From Thermoleophilaceae bacterium (lineage in GTDB: Bacteria > Actinomycetota > Thermoleophilia > Solirubrobacterales > Thermoleophilaceae): a stretch of DNA of 64,000 bases. The stretch is taken from the NCBI GenBank assembly GCA_035296565.1, contig DATHAQ010000047.1, positions 1,027 through 65,026 of the forward strand. The letters run 5' to 3'. A model generated the notes under the pieces. The model saw nothing but the letters and a program-made list of their open reading frames with translations, ran no database searches and was not told where the DNA came from. Positions 8,236 to 16,368 of this stretch are shown here, in pieces. A program made the position numbers and the translations under genes. The stretch's first letter is position 1; each line of letters starts with the position of its first letter.

Positions 8236-9096
8236 ATGCCCCAACAGCTGACCGACTCTTCACCCGGGACCTTCCGACTCGGGGACCACACCGTGCGCCG
8301 CCTCGGCTTCGGGGCAATGCGCATCACCGGCGACGGCGTCTGGGGTGAGCCGGAGGACCGCAACGAGTCGCTGGCCGTCCTGCGCCGTGCCGTCGAGCGC
8401 GGCGTCAACCTGATCGACACCGCCGACTCCTACGGGCCCAACGTCTCCGAGGAGCTGATCGCCGAGGCGCTCCACCCCTACCCCGACGACCTGCTGATCG
8501 CCACCAAGGCCGGCTTCGTCCGCGACGGCCCCGGCCGGTGGCGCACGCACGGCCACCCCGACCACCTCCGCGAGGCCGTCGAGGGCAGCCTGCGCCGCCT
8601 GAAGCTCGACCGCATCGAGCTGCTGCAGCTGCACAGGATCGACGACCAGGTGCCCGCCGGCGACCAGCTGGGTGCGCTCGCCGAGCTGCGCGACGAGGGC
8701 AAGATCGCCCACATCGGCCTGTCGGAGGTGTCCGTCGAGCAGCTGGAGCACGCCGAGGGCATCACGCCGATCGTCTCGGTCCAGAACCGCTTCAACCTGG
8801 AGGACCGGGCCGCCGAGGACGTGCTGGAGGCCTGCGAGCGGCGCGGCATCGGCTTCATCCCCTGGTTCCCCCTGGGCTCCGGCAACCTGCTGCGCGAGGG
8901 CAGCCCTCTGGAGGAGATCGCCGAGCGCCACGGCGCCAGCCCGGCCCAGATCGCGCTGGCGTGGCTGCTGGCGCGCTCGGAGGTCATGCTGCCCATCCCG
9001 GGCACCTCGTCGGTGGAGCACCTCGAGGACAACCTGGCGGCCGCCGAGATCGACCTCACCGACGAGGAAGTCCAAGCGCTCGAAGACGCCGCGTGA
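8236..9096 (+). CDS. Aldo/keto reductase
   Basis: GFGAMRITG, IDTADSYG and LQLHRID motifs; 286 aa. Confidence 0.9.
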   Translation: MPQQLTDSSPGTFRLGDHTVRRLGFGAMRITGDGVWGEPEDRNESLAVLRRAVERGVNLIDTADSYGPNVSEELIAEALHPYPDDLLIATKAGFVRDGPGRWRTHGHPDHLREAVEGSLRRLKLDRIELLQLHRIDDQVPAGDQLGALAELRDEGKIAHIGLSEVSVEQLEHAEGITPIVSVQNRFNLEDRAAEDVLEACERRGIGFIPWFPLGSGNLLREGSPLEEIAERHGASPAQIALAWLLARSEVMLPIPGTSSVEHLEDNLAAAEIDLTDEEVQALEDAA

Positions 9097-10433
9097 GCGA
9101 GCGGTACGACGTCGTGGTCCTGGGCGCGGGCCCGGGCGGGCGCAACGCCGCCGGCAAGCTCGTCGGCGAGGGCCTGAGCGTCGCGATGCTCGAAGGTGAG
9201 CTGGTGGGCGGAGAGTGCCCGTTCTGGGCCTGCATCCCCACCAAGGGCCTGCTGCGGCCTGTCGAGGTCCGCGAGGAGGCGCGCAGGGTGCCCGGCACGG
9301 AGGCGCCTGCCCCGCGCTGGGCGCAGGTGCGCGAGTACCGCGACTACCTCATCAGCGACCTCGACGACGCCACCAAGGTGAAGTCCTACGCGGACATGGG
9401 CGTCGAGGTGATCAAGGACTACGGCAGGATTAGCGGTCCGGGACGCGTGCACGCGGGCGGCCGCGAGCTCGAGGCGGGCGACATCGTGATCGCCACCGGC
9501 ACACGGGCCGCCGTCCCGCCCATCGACGGCCTCGACCGGGTCGACTACTGGACCAACCGCGAGGCCAGCGCGATGAGGGAGGTCCCCTCGAGCACCGTCG
9601 TCCTCGGCGGCGGCCCGGTTGGCCTCGAGTTCGCCCAGATGCTGTCGCGCTTCGGCTCGCAGGTCACTCTCGTAGAGGGTTCGGACCGCCTGCTCTCACG
9701 CGAGGAGCCCGAAGTCTCCGAGCTGATCGCCGAGCTGCTGACCGACGAGGGCATCGACGTGCGCGTGGGGCAGCAGGCCGAGGCGGTCATGCCCGACGGC
9801 GACGGCGTGAAGGTAACCGTGGACTCCGACGAGCTGTCTGCTGAGCGGCTGCTGGTGGCCATCGGCCGCACGCCGCGGGTGGAGGGCCTCGGCCTTGAGA
9901 CCGTCGGCATCGAGCCCGGGGAGACGGGCATCGAGATCGACTCCTTCTGCCAGGCGGCCGAGAACGTCTACGCGGTGGGCGACGTGACCGGCATCTCACC
10001 CTTCACGCACGTGGCCGCCTACCAGGGCTGGGTGGCCTCGGAGTGCATCCTGGGCCGCGGCCACGAGACCGACTACAGCGCGGTGCCACGGGTCGTCTTC
10101 TCCGACCCGGAGGTCGCCGCGGTCGGCCTGAGCGCCGAGCAGGCTCGCGAGCAGGGCATCGATGTCGCCACCGCCGCGGTGGACATCTCCAAGGCCGACC
10201 GGGCGGAGACCTTCGGCAAGGGCATCAAGGGCCGCGCCGGCGTCGTGGCCGACCGCGAGCGGGGCGTGCTCGTCGGCGCTTGGGCCGTGGCCCCGCTGGC
10301 CAGCGAGTGGATCCACACCGCGGTGCTGGCGGTCAAGGCCGGCGTGCCGCTGGACACGCTGCGCGACTCGATGATGCAGTTCCCCACCTTCAGCGAGCTG
10401 CTGCTCGCCTCGGTGCGGGCCGTCGACGCCTAG
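9093..10433 (+). CDS. Class-I pyridine nucleotide-disulfide oxidoreductase (Lpd/MerA-like flavoprotein)
   Basis: GTG 9093 overlaps the AKR stop (GTGA). FAD fold YDVVVLGAGPGG, redox CxxxxC (GGECPFWACIPTK), second Rossmann motif VVLGGGPVGLEF. The upstream part of ORF 8538-10433 is shadow sequence. Confidence 0.85.
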   Translation: MSERYDVVVLGAGPGGRNAAGKLVGEGLSVAMLEGELVGGECPFWACIPTKGLLRPVEVREEARRVPGTEAPAPRWAQVREYRDYLISDLDDATKVKSYADMGVEVIKDYGRISGPGRVHAGGRELEAGDIVIATGTRAAVPPIDGLDRVDYWTNREASAMREVPSSTVVLGGGPVGLEFAQMLSRFGSQVTLVEGSDRLLSREEPEVSELIAELLTDEGIDVRVGQQAEAVMPDGDGVKVTVDSDELSAERLLVAIGRTPRVEGLGLETVGIEPGETGIEIDSFCQAAENVYAVGDVTGISPFTHVAAYQGWVASECILGRGHETDYSAVPRVVFSDPEVAAVGLSAEQAREQGIDVATAAVDISKADRAETFGKGIKGRAGVVADRERGVLVGAWAVAPLASEWIHTAVLAVKAGVPLDTLRDSMMQFPTFSELLLASVRAVDA

Positions 10434-11113
10434 GCGGCCACGCCCGCCGGCTCGCGCTCGGCCAGCACGCGCAGGTTGCGGCGCGCCCTGGCGCCGAGGA
10501 CCAACAACGCGAGCGCCGAGAGGCCCAGGCCAACCACATCGAGCGCAGTGATGCCGACCCCGAAGAGGTCGAAGGAGAGCCCGGCGCCCAGCGCCATCAC
10601 GGTGTTGAGGCCGATCAGGGCGAGCCGCGCCTCGGTGGGGCCGACGCGCCCGTAACCGAGGCTGAACACGCCGAAGGCGTAGGTCTCGAGGTAGGTGTTG
10701 ATCGACAGCACCAGGTAGACCACGACGATCACCAGGCCGGTGGCCAGCAGCATGTGCGGCGAGAGGCCCAGGCCGATGCCGATCACCGCCGTGGCGATGG
10801 CGTCGACGAGATGGTCGAGGTAATAGCCGTACTTGGGGCGTTGCGTACCGCGGACGCGCGCGAGGGTGCCGTCCAGCGAGTCGCCCAGCCAGTGGACCAC
10901 GAGTAGCGCGCTCGCCGCCCACAGCCAGAGCGGGCTCTCGTTGGAGAGCACGTAGGCCACGGCGATGGCGATGGCCGCCACCACGCCGAGCGCGGTGAGG
11001 TGGTCGGGCATAACGCGCGCGGGCAGGCGCCGCGCGATCCTTTCGAGGGCGTGCGCCTCGCCGCGGGCCAGGAGAAAGCGCTTCTCACGGGGTGCGTCGC
11101 TCTTATCGACCAT
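10430..11113 (-). CDS. CDP-alcohol phosphatidyltransferase family protein
   Basis: Signature D-x2-DG-x2-AR-x8-G-x3-D-x3-D, seen as DSLDGTLARVRGTQRPKYGYYLDHLVD; polytopic. Confidence 0.85.
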   Translation of the reverse strand: MVDKSDAPREKRFLLARGEAHALERIARRLPARVMPDHLTALGVVAAIAIAVAYVLSNESPLWLWAASALLVVHWLGDSLDGTLARVRGTQRPKYGYYLDHLVDAIATAVIGIGLGLSPHMLLATGLVIVVVYLVLSINTYLETYAFGVFSLGYGRVGPTEARLALIGLNTVMALGAGLSFDLFGVGITALDVVGLGLSALALLVLGARARRNLRVLAEREPAGVAA

Positions 11114-11167
11114 AGGTCAACAATACCCCCGGCGACCCTCCCGGTTTCACGTCTAGGATCGCCGCCG

Positions 11168-11383
11168 ATGTCGCTCGACCAGGTGAGAGCCGTCCTCCTC
11201 GCCGCTCGCGACCGGCCCACCTTCGCCCATCAGCTGGCGCAGGCTCCGGCGATACTCACCGGCTACGACCTGACCGTCGAGGAGCGCCGGGCGCTGGTGG
11301 AGTACGACGTCGAGGCGCTCGACGCGATGGGGGTCGAGGCGGACCTCGTTGGCGCCGCCTCGGTCATCGGCCGTCCGCGCTAG
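11168..11383 (+). CDS. Small hypothetical protein, LigA-subunit/NHLP-clan-like
   Basis: 71 aa from ATG 11168. The pattern ...ILTGYDLTVEERRALVEYDVEALDAMGV... resembles LigA-like helical domains. Weak, by eye only. Confidence 0.4.
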   Translation: MSLDQVRAVLLAARDRPTFAHQLAQAPAILTGYDLTVEERRALVEYDVEALDAMGVEADLVGAASVIGRPR

Positions 11384-11427
11384 CGCGCGCCCGCAACTTC
11401 CCACGGCCAGGGCGTGTTCCTGGTGCG

Positions 11428-12918
11428 ATGGGACGCCTCGCGCTCCCGCTGACGATCACGGTCGCGCTCGCGTCGTCGGCGGTCCTGGTGCTGACCGCCT
11501 CGGAGGACCCGGCGCCGGCGCGGTCGAACGCCAAGCCCAACGTGGTCGTGGTGATGACCGACGACCAGACCGAGGAGCAGATGCGGGCCCTCTCGCGGGT
11601 GCGCCGCCTGATCGGGCGGCAGGGCACGACGTTCACCCGCAACTTCGCCACCTTCCCGCTCTGCTGCCCCTCTCGCAGCACCTACCTGACGGGCCAGTAC
11701 CCACAGAACCACGGCGTGCGCGGTAACTCGCCACCCCAGGGCGGTTATTACAAACTCGACGCTTCCAACACGCTGCCGGTGTGGCTGCGCGAAGCGGGCT
11801 ACGCGACCGCGCATGTCGGCAAGTACCCCAACGGCTACGGCACGCGCAACCCGCGCGAGGTGCCGGCCGGCTGGCAGGAGTGGTACGGGTCGGTGGATCC
11901 CACCACCTACAACTTCCGCAATTACTGCCTCAACGAAAACGGGACCCTGCGCGCCTACGGGAACCGGACCCGCGTCGTGCAGCGCGCGTGCCCCGGGGCC
12001 CAGTTGGGGCCCGCGGCCTACCAAGGCGACCTCTACACGGGCAAGGCGATCGACTACATCAACCGCCGCGCTCCCTCGGCACAGCCCTTCTTCCTCTCCG
12101 TGGCCTACCTAGCTCCGCACTCGGGGGGGCCCAACCCGCGCGGAGGACGCTGCCGAGGCTCGGCCAAGCCCGCTGACCGTCACCGCGGCCGCTACGCGAA
12201 CGCCCGCCTGCCGCGCCCGCCGAACTTCAACGAGCGCCTGGTGCGGGACAAGCCCCCGTACATCAGGCGCCTGCACCGTTTCACGGCGGCCGACATCGCG
12301 CGGATTCGCACCGACTACCAGTGCCGCCGCGAGTCGCTGCTGGCGGTTGACGAGGGCGTCGCGGTCATGGTCGAGGCGCTGCGCGCACGCGGCGAGCTCG
12401 ACAACACCGTGTTTGTCTTCACCGCCGACAACGGCTTCTTCCAGGGAGAGCACCGGGTACCGCGCGGGAAGATCAAGCCGTATGAGCCGTCCGTGCGTGT
12501 GCCGGCCCTCATACGCGGACCGGGCCTGCCGCGCGGCAAGCGGACCGGCCAGCTGACCGCCAACGTGGACCTGGCCGCCACGATCGGCGACGTGGCCGGC
12601 GCAAGGCCGCGTCGTAGGCTCGACGGCGTATCGCTGCGGCCGTTGGCGCGCCGCCCGTCGCGCTTCGGGCGCCGCGACATCCTGCTGCAGAACGGCCCGA
12701 ACGCGGGGCTCAGCAACCCCCGCTACACGGCTATCAGGACGCAGCGTTACAAGTACGTGCAGTACTCCAGCGGCCGGCGGGAGCTCTACGACCTGCGCTT
12801 CGACCGCTTCGAGCAGCGCAGCGTGCACGACACCCGCCGCTACCGCAGCGTTCAGCGCAGGCTCGCGCGCAAGCTGCGGCGGCTGCGCCGTTGCGCCGGC
12901 GCCTCCTGCCGGCGCTAG
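11428..12918 (+). CDS. Secreted Cys-type sulfatase
   Basis: Signal peptide, PNVVVVMTDDQ metal-binding motif, and formylglycine motif C-x-P-x-R (LCCPSRSTYLTGQ). Confidence 0.9.
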   Translation: MGRLALPLTITVALASSAVLVLTASEDPAPARSNAKPNVVVVMTDDQTEEQMRALSRVRRLIGRQGTTFTRNFATFPLCCPSRSTYLTGQYPQNHGVRGNSPPQGGYYKLDASNTLPVWLREAGYATAHVGKYPNGYGTRNPREVPAGWQEWYGSVDPTTYNFRNYCLNENGTLRAYGNRTRVVQRACPGAQLGPAAYQGDLYTGKAIDYINRRAPSAQPFFLSVAYLAPHSGGPNPRGGRCRGSAKPADRHRGRYANARLPRPPNFNERLVRDKPPYIRRLHRFTAADIARIRTDYQCRRESLLAVDEGVAVMVEALRARGELDNTVFVFTADNGFFQGEHRVPRGKIKPYEPSVRVPALIRGPGLPRGKRTGQLTANVDLAATIGDVAGARPRRRLDGVSLRPLARRPSRFGRRDILLQNGPNAGLSNPRYTAIRTQRYKYVQYSSGRRELYDLRFDRFEQRSVHDTRRYRSVQRRLARKLRRLRRCAGASCRR

Positions 12919-13541
12919 CCCAACTTCTCGGCCACCACCCGCAAATCCTCGGTGAACGCGTGTCGCTCGGCCAATCGTTCCTCGTCGGTCTGCTGGCGCA
13001 GGATCGCGGAGGGGTGGATCGTGGCCGTGACCAGGGGCGCCAGATCGGACTCGACCGGGCGGCCGCGCTCCTGGGTGACCCGGAAGCCGCTGCCGAAGAG
13101 GGCCTTGCCTGCGGTGGCGCCGAGGGTCACGAGCACCTCGGGACCCACCACGCGGAGCTCCCCCTCCAGCCACGGCTTGCAGGCCTCTATCTCGAAGCGC
13201 TTCGGCGTCTGGTGGATGCGCCGGCGCCCGCGCTCCTTGAACGAGAAGTGCTTGACGACGTTGGTCACGTAGGCCTCCCGGCGGTCGATGCCCACCTCCC
13301 CGAGCGCCGCCACCAGCTCGCGCCCGGCCGGCCCCACGAAGGGCCGGCCCTCGATGTCCTCGCGATCCCCCGCCATCTCTCCCACGAACATGAGCCGCGC
13401 ACCGGCCCTTCCCTCGCCGAACACCGTCTGGGTCGCGTGGCGGTGCAGGTGGCAGCCGCGGCAGTGCGCCGCGGCCTCGCGCAGGGCCTTCAGCGAGCGG
13501 CGCTCGGGCAGGAACGGGGTCGCGTCGTTGGGCTCGTCCAC
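12915..13541 (-). CDS. udgX: UdgX-like family-4 uracil-DNA glycosylase
   Basis: Fe-S cysteines (CRGC...), motif A GEMAGDRED, PFVGPAG, the UdgX-specific insertion VKHFSFKERGRRRIHQTP, FRVTQERG, motif B HPSAILR. GTG start at 13541. Confidence 0.8.
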   Translation of the reverse strand: MDEPNDATPFLPERRSLKALREAAAHCRGCHLHRHATQTVFGEGRAGARLMFVGEMAGDREDIEGRPFVGPAGRELVAALGEVGIDRREAYVTNVVKHFSFKERGRRRIHQTPKRFEIEACKPWLEGELRVVGPEVLVTLGATAGKALFGSGFRVTQERGRPVESDLAPLVTATIHPSAILRQQTDEERLAERHAFTEDLRVVAEKLG

Positions 13542-13882
13542 TAGCGCTCCAGTGCCTCGTCCAACCGGTGCCGAAACGCCCCGGCGCCCTCCACGGAGGC
13601 TCCCGCCGAGCGGGCACGCGCCGCGAGCCCCGAGTCTGAGGTCACCACCGTGACCCCCTCCCCTGCCCGTGCAGCGATCAGATCATCGGCCACCGCGGCG
13701 AATGCGATCTCCACCCTCCCCGCCTCGATCGCGTGAGGCCTGCCGTCGAACACGACCGTCACCGGCTCGCCGAGCGCCTCGAGCTCGGCGACCAGCCGCC
13801 GCTGGGCGCCCCGGCGGTCGCGCCACCACCCGTCGGGGCGCGAGCCGATCACGTTCATGCCGTCCACCAACCAGTTGGGCAC
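13541..13882 (-). CDS. NYN/YacP-like predicted RNA-binding nuclease domain protein
   Basis: WLVDGMNVIG ... VTVVFDG ... ADDLI ... VTVVTSD pattern of the YacP/Rae1-type NYN domain. Confidence 0.7.
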   Translation of the reverse strand: MPNWLVDGMNVIGSRPDGWWRDRRGAQRRLVAELEALGEPVTVVFDGRPHAIEAGRVEIAFAAVADDLIAARAGEGVTVVTSDSGLAARARSAGASVEGAGAFRHRLDEALER

Positions 13883-13901
13883 CGCCGTAGACTCGCCGAT
13901 C

Positions 13902-14534
13902 GTGCGCGAGGCCAGCCAGGAGGAGCTGCGGGTGCTCGGCTGCCTGATCGAGAAGCAGCGGACGACGCCAGACGCCTATCCGCTCAGCATCAACGCCTTG
14001 CGCGCCGCAGCGAACCAGTCCACCAACCGGGACCCCGTCCTCGAGCTCGACGAGCTCGCGGTCAAGGACGCCGCCCAGGCGCTGGGCAAGCGGGGCTGGG
14101 CGCGCTTTACCAGCGGCCAGGGCAGCCGCGCCGCCAAGTACCGCCAGACCTTCGACGAGGCGCTGGGGCTGGGCCGCGATGAGACTGCGGTCCTGGGGGT
14201 GCTGATGCTCCGAGGCCCCCAGACGCCCGGCGAGCTCAAGGGCCGCGCCGAGCGGCTGCATCCGTTCGCCGGCCTGGACGAGGTTCAGGGCATCCTCGAC
14301 CGGCTGGCCGAGCGCGAGCTGGTGGGCGCGCTCGAGCGGCGCCCGGGCCAGAAGGAGCAGCGCTACCGGCACCGCCTCGGCGCCGAGGAATCCGACGAGG
14401 CCCCCCGCGCCGCCCACGGCTCGCCGCCCCACCTCGGTTCGCCCGCGCTCGACGACCGGGTGGAGGAGATCGAGCGCCAGGTGTCCGACCTCAAGCGGGC
14501 GGTCGACGCGCTGCGCGCGGAGCTGGGAGGCTGA
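13902..14534 (+). CDS. DUF480 (YceH-like) protein
   Basis: LRVLGCLIEKQRTTPDAYPLSINAL ... RAAKYRQ ... LMLRGPQTPGELK ... EQRYRH. GTG 13902 is preferred over ATG 13857, which would overlap the divergent NYN gene. Confidence 0.7.
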   Translation: MREASQEELRVLGCLIEKQRTTPDAYPLSINALRAAANQSTNRDPVLELDELAVKDAAQALGKRGWARFTSGQGSRAAKYRQTFDEALGLGRDETAVLGVLMLRGPQTPGELKGRAERLHPFAGLDEVQGILDRLAERELVGALERRPGQKEQRYRHRLGAEESDEAPRAAHGSPPHLGSPALDDRVEEIERQVSDLKRAVDALRAELGG

Positions 14535-14541
14535 CGGCCCT

Positions 14542-15531
14542 GTGAGAGCGGTGCAGATCACCGAGCTGTCTGGGCCGGAGTCGGCGCTGACGCTGACCGA
14601 TGACCTCCCGGATCCCGTGCTCTCGCACTTCATGACGCCCGACCAGGGCGTCGTGGTCGAGGTCGAGGCGGCCGGGGTCTCGTTTCCCGAGGTCCTGCAG
14701 ACGCGCGGCGAGTACCAGGTCAAGCCCGAGCTCCCCTTCGTACCCGGCTCCGAGGTGGCCGGCACGGTGCGCGAGGCAAGCGACGGCGCCGGCGTCGAGC
14801 CCGGCGACCGCGTGGCCGCCTTCTGCATGCTGGGCGGATTCGCCGAGCTGGCCGCCGCCCCGCCCCACTTCACCTTCCGGCTGCCGGAGGGTCTCGACGC
14901 CGCCCAGGGCGCGGGGCTGATCCTCAACTACCACACGGCACTCTTCGCGTTGAAGCTGCGTGGTCGGCTGTCCGAGGGCGAGACGGTCCTGGTCCATGGC
15001 GGAGCGGGTGGGGTCGGCACGGCCTCCATCCAGGTGGCCAACGGGCTGGGCGCGCGGACCATTGCGGTGGTCTCCAGCGACGAGAAGGAGCAGGTGGCCC
15101 GCCAGGCCGGGGGGGACGAGGTGGTGCGCAGCGACGGCGCATGGAAGGACGAGGTCAAGGAGCTCTCCGGCGGCGGCGGCGTGGACGTGGTGCTCGACCC
15201 CGTCGGCGGTGACCGCTTCACCGACAGCCTGCGCTCGCTGGGCGAGGGCGGGCGCCTGGTGGTGGTGGGCTTCACCGGCGGGTCGATCCCCGAGGTCAAG
15301 GTCAACCGGCTGCTGCTCAACAACGTCGACGTGGTCGGCGCCGGGTGGGGGGCCTACGTCATGGGCAAGCCGCAGGTGACCCGCGATCTGGGCGCCGAGC
15401 TTGACCAACTCTCGCGCGAGGGCCACATTCGGCCTATCGTCGGCGCACGCTTTGCACTGGAGGACGCCTCGCAGGCGCTGCAGCTGATCGACGGCCGCGG
15501 TGCTACCGGCAAAGTCGTCCTGGAGCCTTAG
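14542..15531 (+). CDS. NADPH:quinone oxidoreductase / MDR-superfamily zinc-type dehydrogenase-like
   Basis: GVSFPEVLQTRGEY, VLVHGGAGGVGTASIQ, GKVVLEP C-terminus. Confidence 0.9.
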   Translation: MRAVQITELSGPESALTLTDDLPDPVLSHFMTPDQGVVVEVEAAGVSFPEVLQTRGEYQVKPELPFVPGSEVAGTVREASDGAGVEPGDRVAAFCMLGGFAELAAAPPHFTFRLPEGLDAAQGAGLILNYHTALFALKLRGRLSEGETVLVHGGAGGVGTASIQVANGLGARTIAVVSSDEKEQVARQAGGDEVVRSDGAWKDEVKELSGGGGVDVVLDPVGGDRFTDSLRSLGEGGRLVVVGFTGGSIPEVKVNRLLLNNVDVVGAGWGAYVMGKPQVTRDLGAELDQLSREGHIRPIVGARFALEDASQALQLIDGRGATGKVVLEP

Positions 15532-15543
15532 AGGGGGGACCCC

Positions 15544-15957
15544 ATGAAGAAGATCGTTCTGTCTGCCGTCGTCGGCGGCCTTGCCGTGGTCGCGCTCTCG
15601 CCGCTGGCCGAGAGCGCCCGTCGGGGGCCGACCGTCAAGACCATCGACCGGCTGGGTGCGGAGGTCACGGTCGCCCCCAGCCAGGTGGAGCTCGCCAAGG
15701 CGGGTTGCCCGCGCGGCTACGCGCCCGTGGCCGGACAGGAGCTCCTGGGGGCGACCGAGCTCGTCTACTCGATCCGAACCATCTCCAAGCGCGGCTGGGA
15801 GATCGCCGTGGGCAACTCCACCAACTCGCCGCAGGACTTCAGCGCTGGCGTGATGTGCCAGAAGGGCGGCAGCGGCGTCCGGGTGCGCTCGGCAAGCACC
15901 TCGAAGCGGCGTCAGATGATCGCCGCGGCACAGGAGCGACTACGCGCTGAAGACTGA
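15544..15957 (+). CDS. Exported hypothetical protein
   Basis: ATG with signal peptide MKKIVLSAVVGGLAVVALSPLAES. Two Cys residues and non-shadow composition. No family recognised. Confidence 0.6.
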   Translation: MKKIVLSAVVGGLAVVALSPLAESARRGPTVKTIDRLGAEVTVAPSQVELAKAGCPRGYAPVAGQELLGATELVYSIRTISKRGWEIAVGNSTNSPQDFSAGVMCQKGGSGVRVRSASTSKRRQMIAAAQERLRAED

Positions 15958-15958
15958 G

Positions 15959-16329
15959 TGGAGGCGGCCGGCTCTGCCCCGGCGTCCGCGGAACTGCACC
16001 CCGATGCTTGCTACGAGCGTTCCCGTCGGAGTCTGATCTCGGCGCTCCGGCTCGGTCGATCCGCGGGACACGTTGCCGGCGCCATACCCTCCTGTAGGTG
16101 TCCCCCCGGACCGAGGGTCCTGTCCGGAGGTGAGCCCGCTGATTGAAGCCGCTGACCGGGCCGCGGGCTGTCCCGGCGCGACTCCCTCACACGCTGTTAA
16201 GCGGCGAGGGCGAACTCATGATCGGAGTCCGCACTTGGTTTGTTTCCGGGACTTTTTTACGAGGCCAACCCGGAGTCCTCGGCTCGCTACATCGGGACGA
16301 CGATTCCACGTCGAATCTGGATCGCCCCC
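15959..16329 (-). ncRNA. ssrA: tmRNA (SsrA), one-piece, about 371 nt, CCA not encoded
   Basis: Minus strand starts GGGGGCGAUCCAGAUUCGACGUGG. It contains the conserved GGUUGGCCUCGUAAAAAAG just before the tag ORF. The 3' end reads GGACGCCGG-GGCAGAG-CCGGCCGCCUCCA. The 7-bp acceptor stem GGGGGCG/CGCCUCC has a G3-U wobble (Ala identity). smpB and rnr are nearby. Confidence 0.9.
16197..16232 (-). other. tmRNA tag reading frame: (A)DSDHEFALAA plus stop
   Basis: GCG GAC UCC GAU CAU GAG UUC GCC CUC GCC GCU UAA. The resume codon is inferred from position after the CGUAAAAAA element and from the actinobacterial-type ...ALAA ending. Confidence 0.7.
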
Positions 16330-16368
16330 TTATCTGACCCTAAGTCTAGCTTCCTAGACTCACTTGAT

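Noticed and set aside
16240-16368. N-terminal extension of the M50 protease ORF
   Set aside because: It would be translated from inside the tmRNA gene on the opposite strand, and its composition is non-protein-like. GTG 16369 immediately precedes the real sequence.
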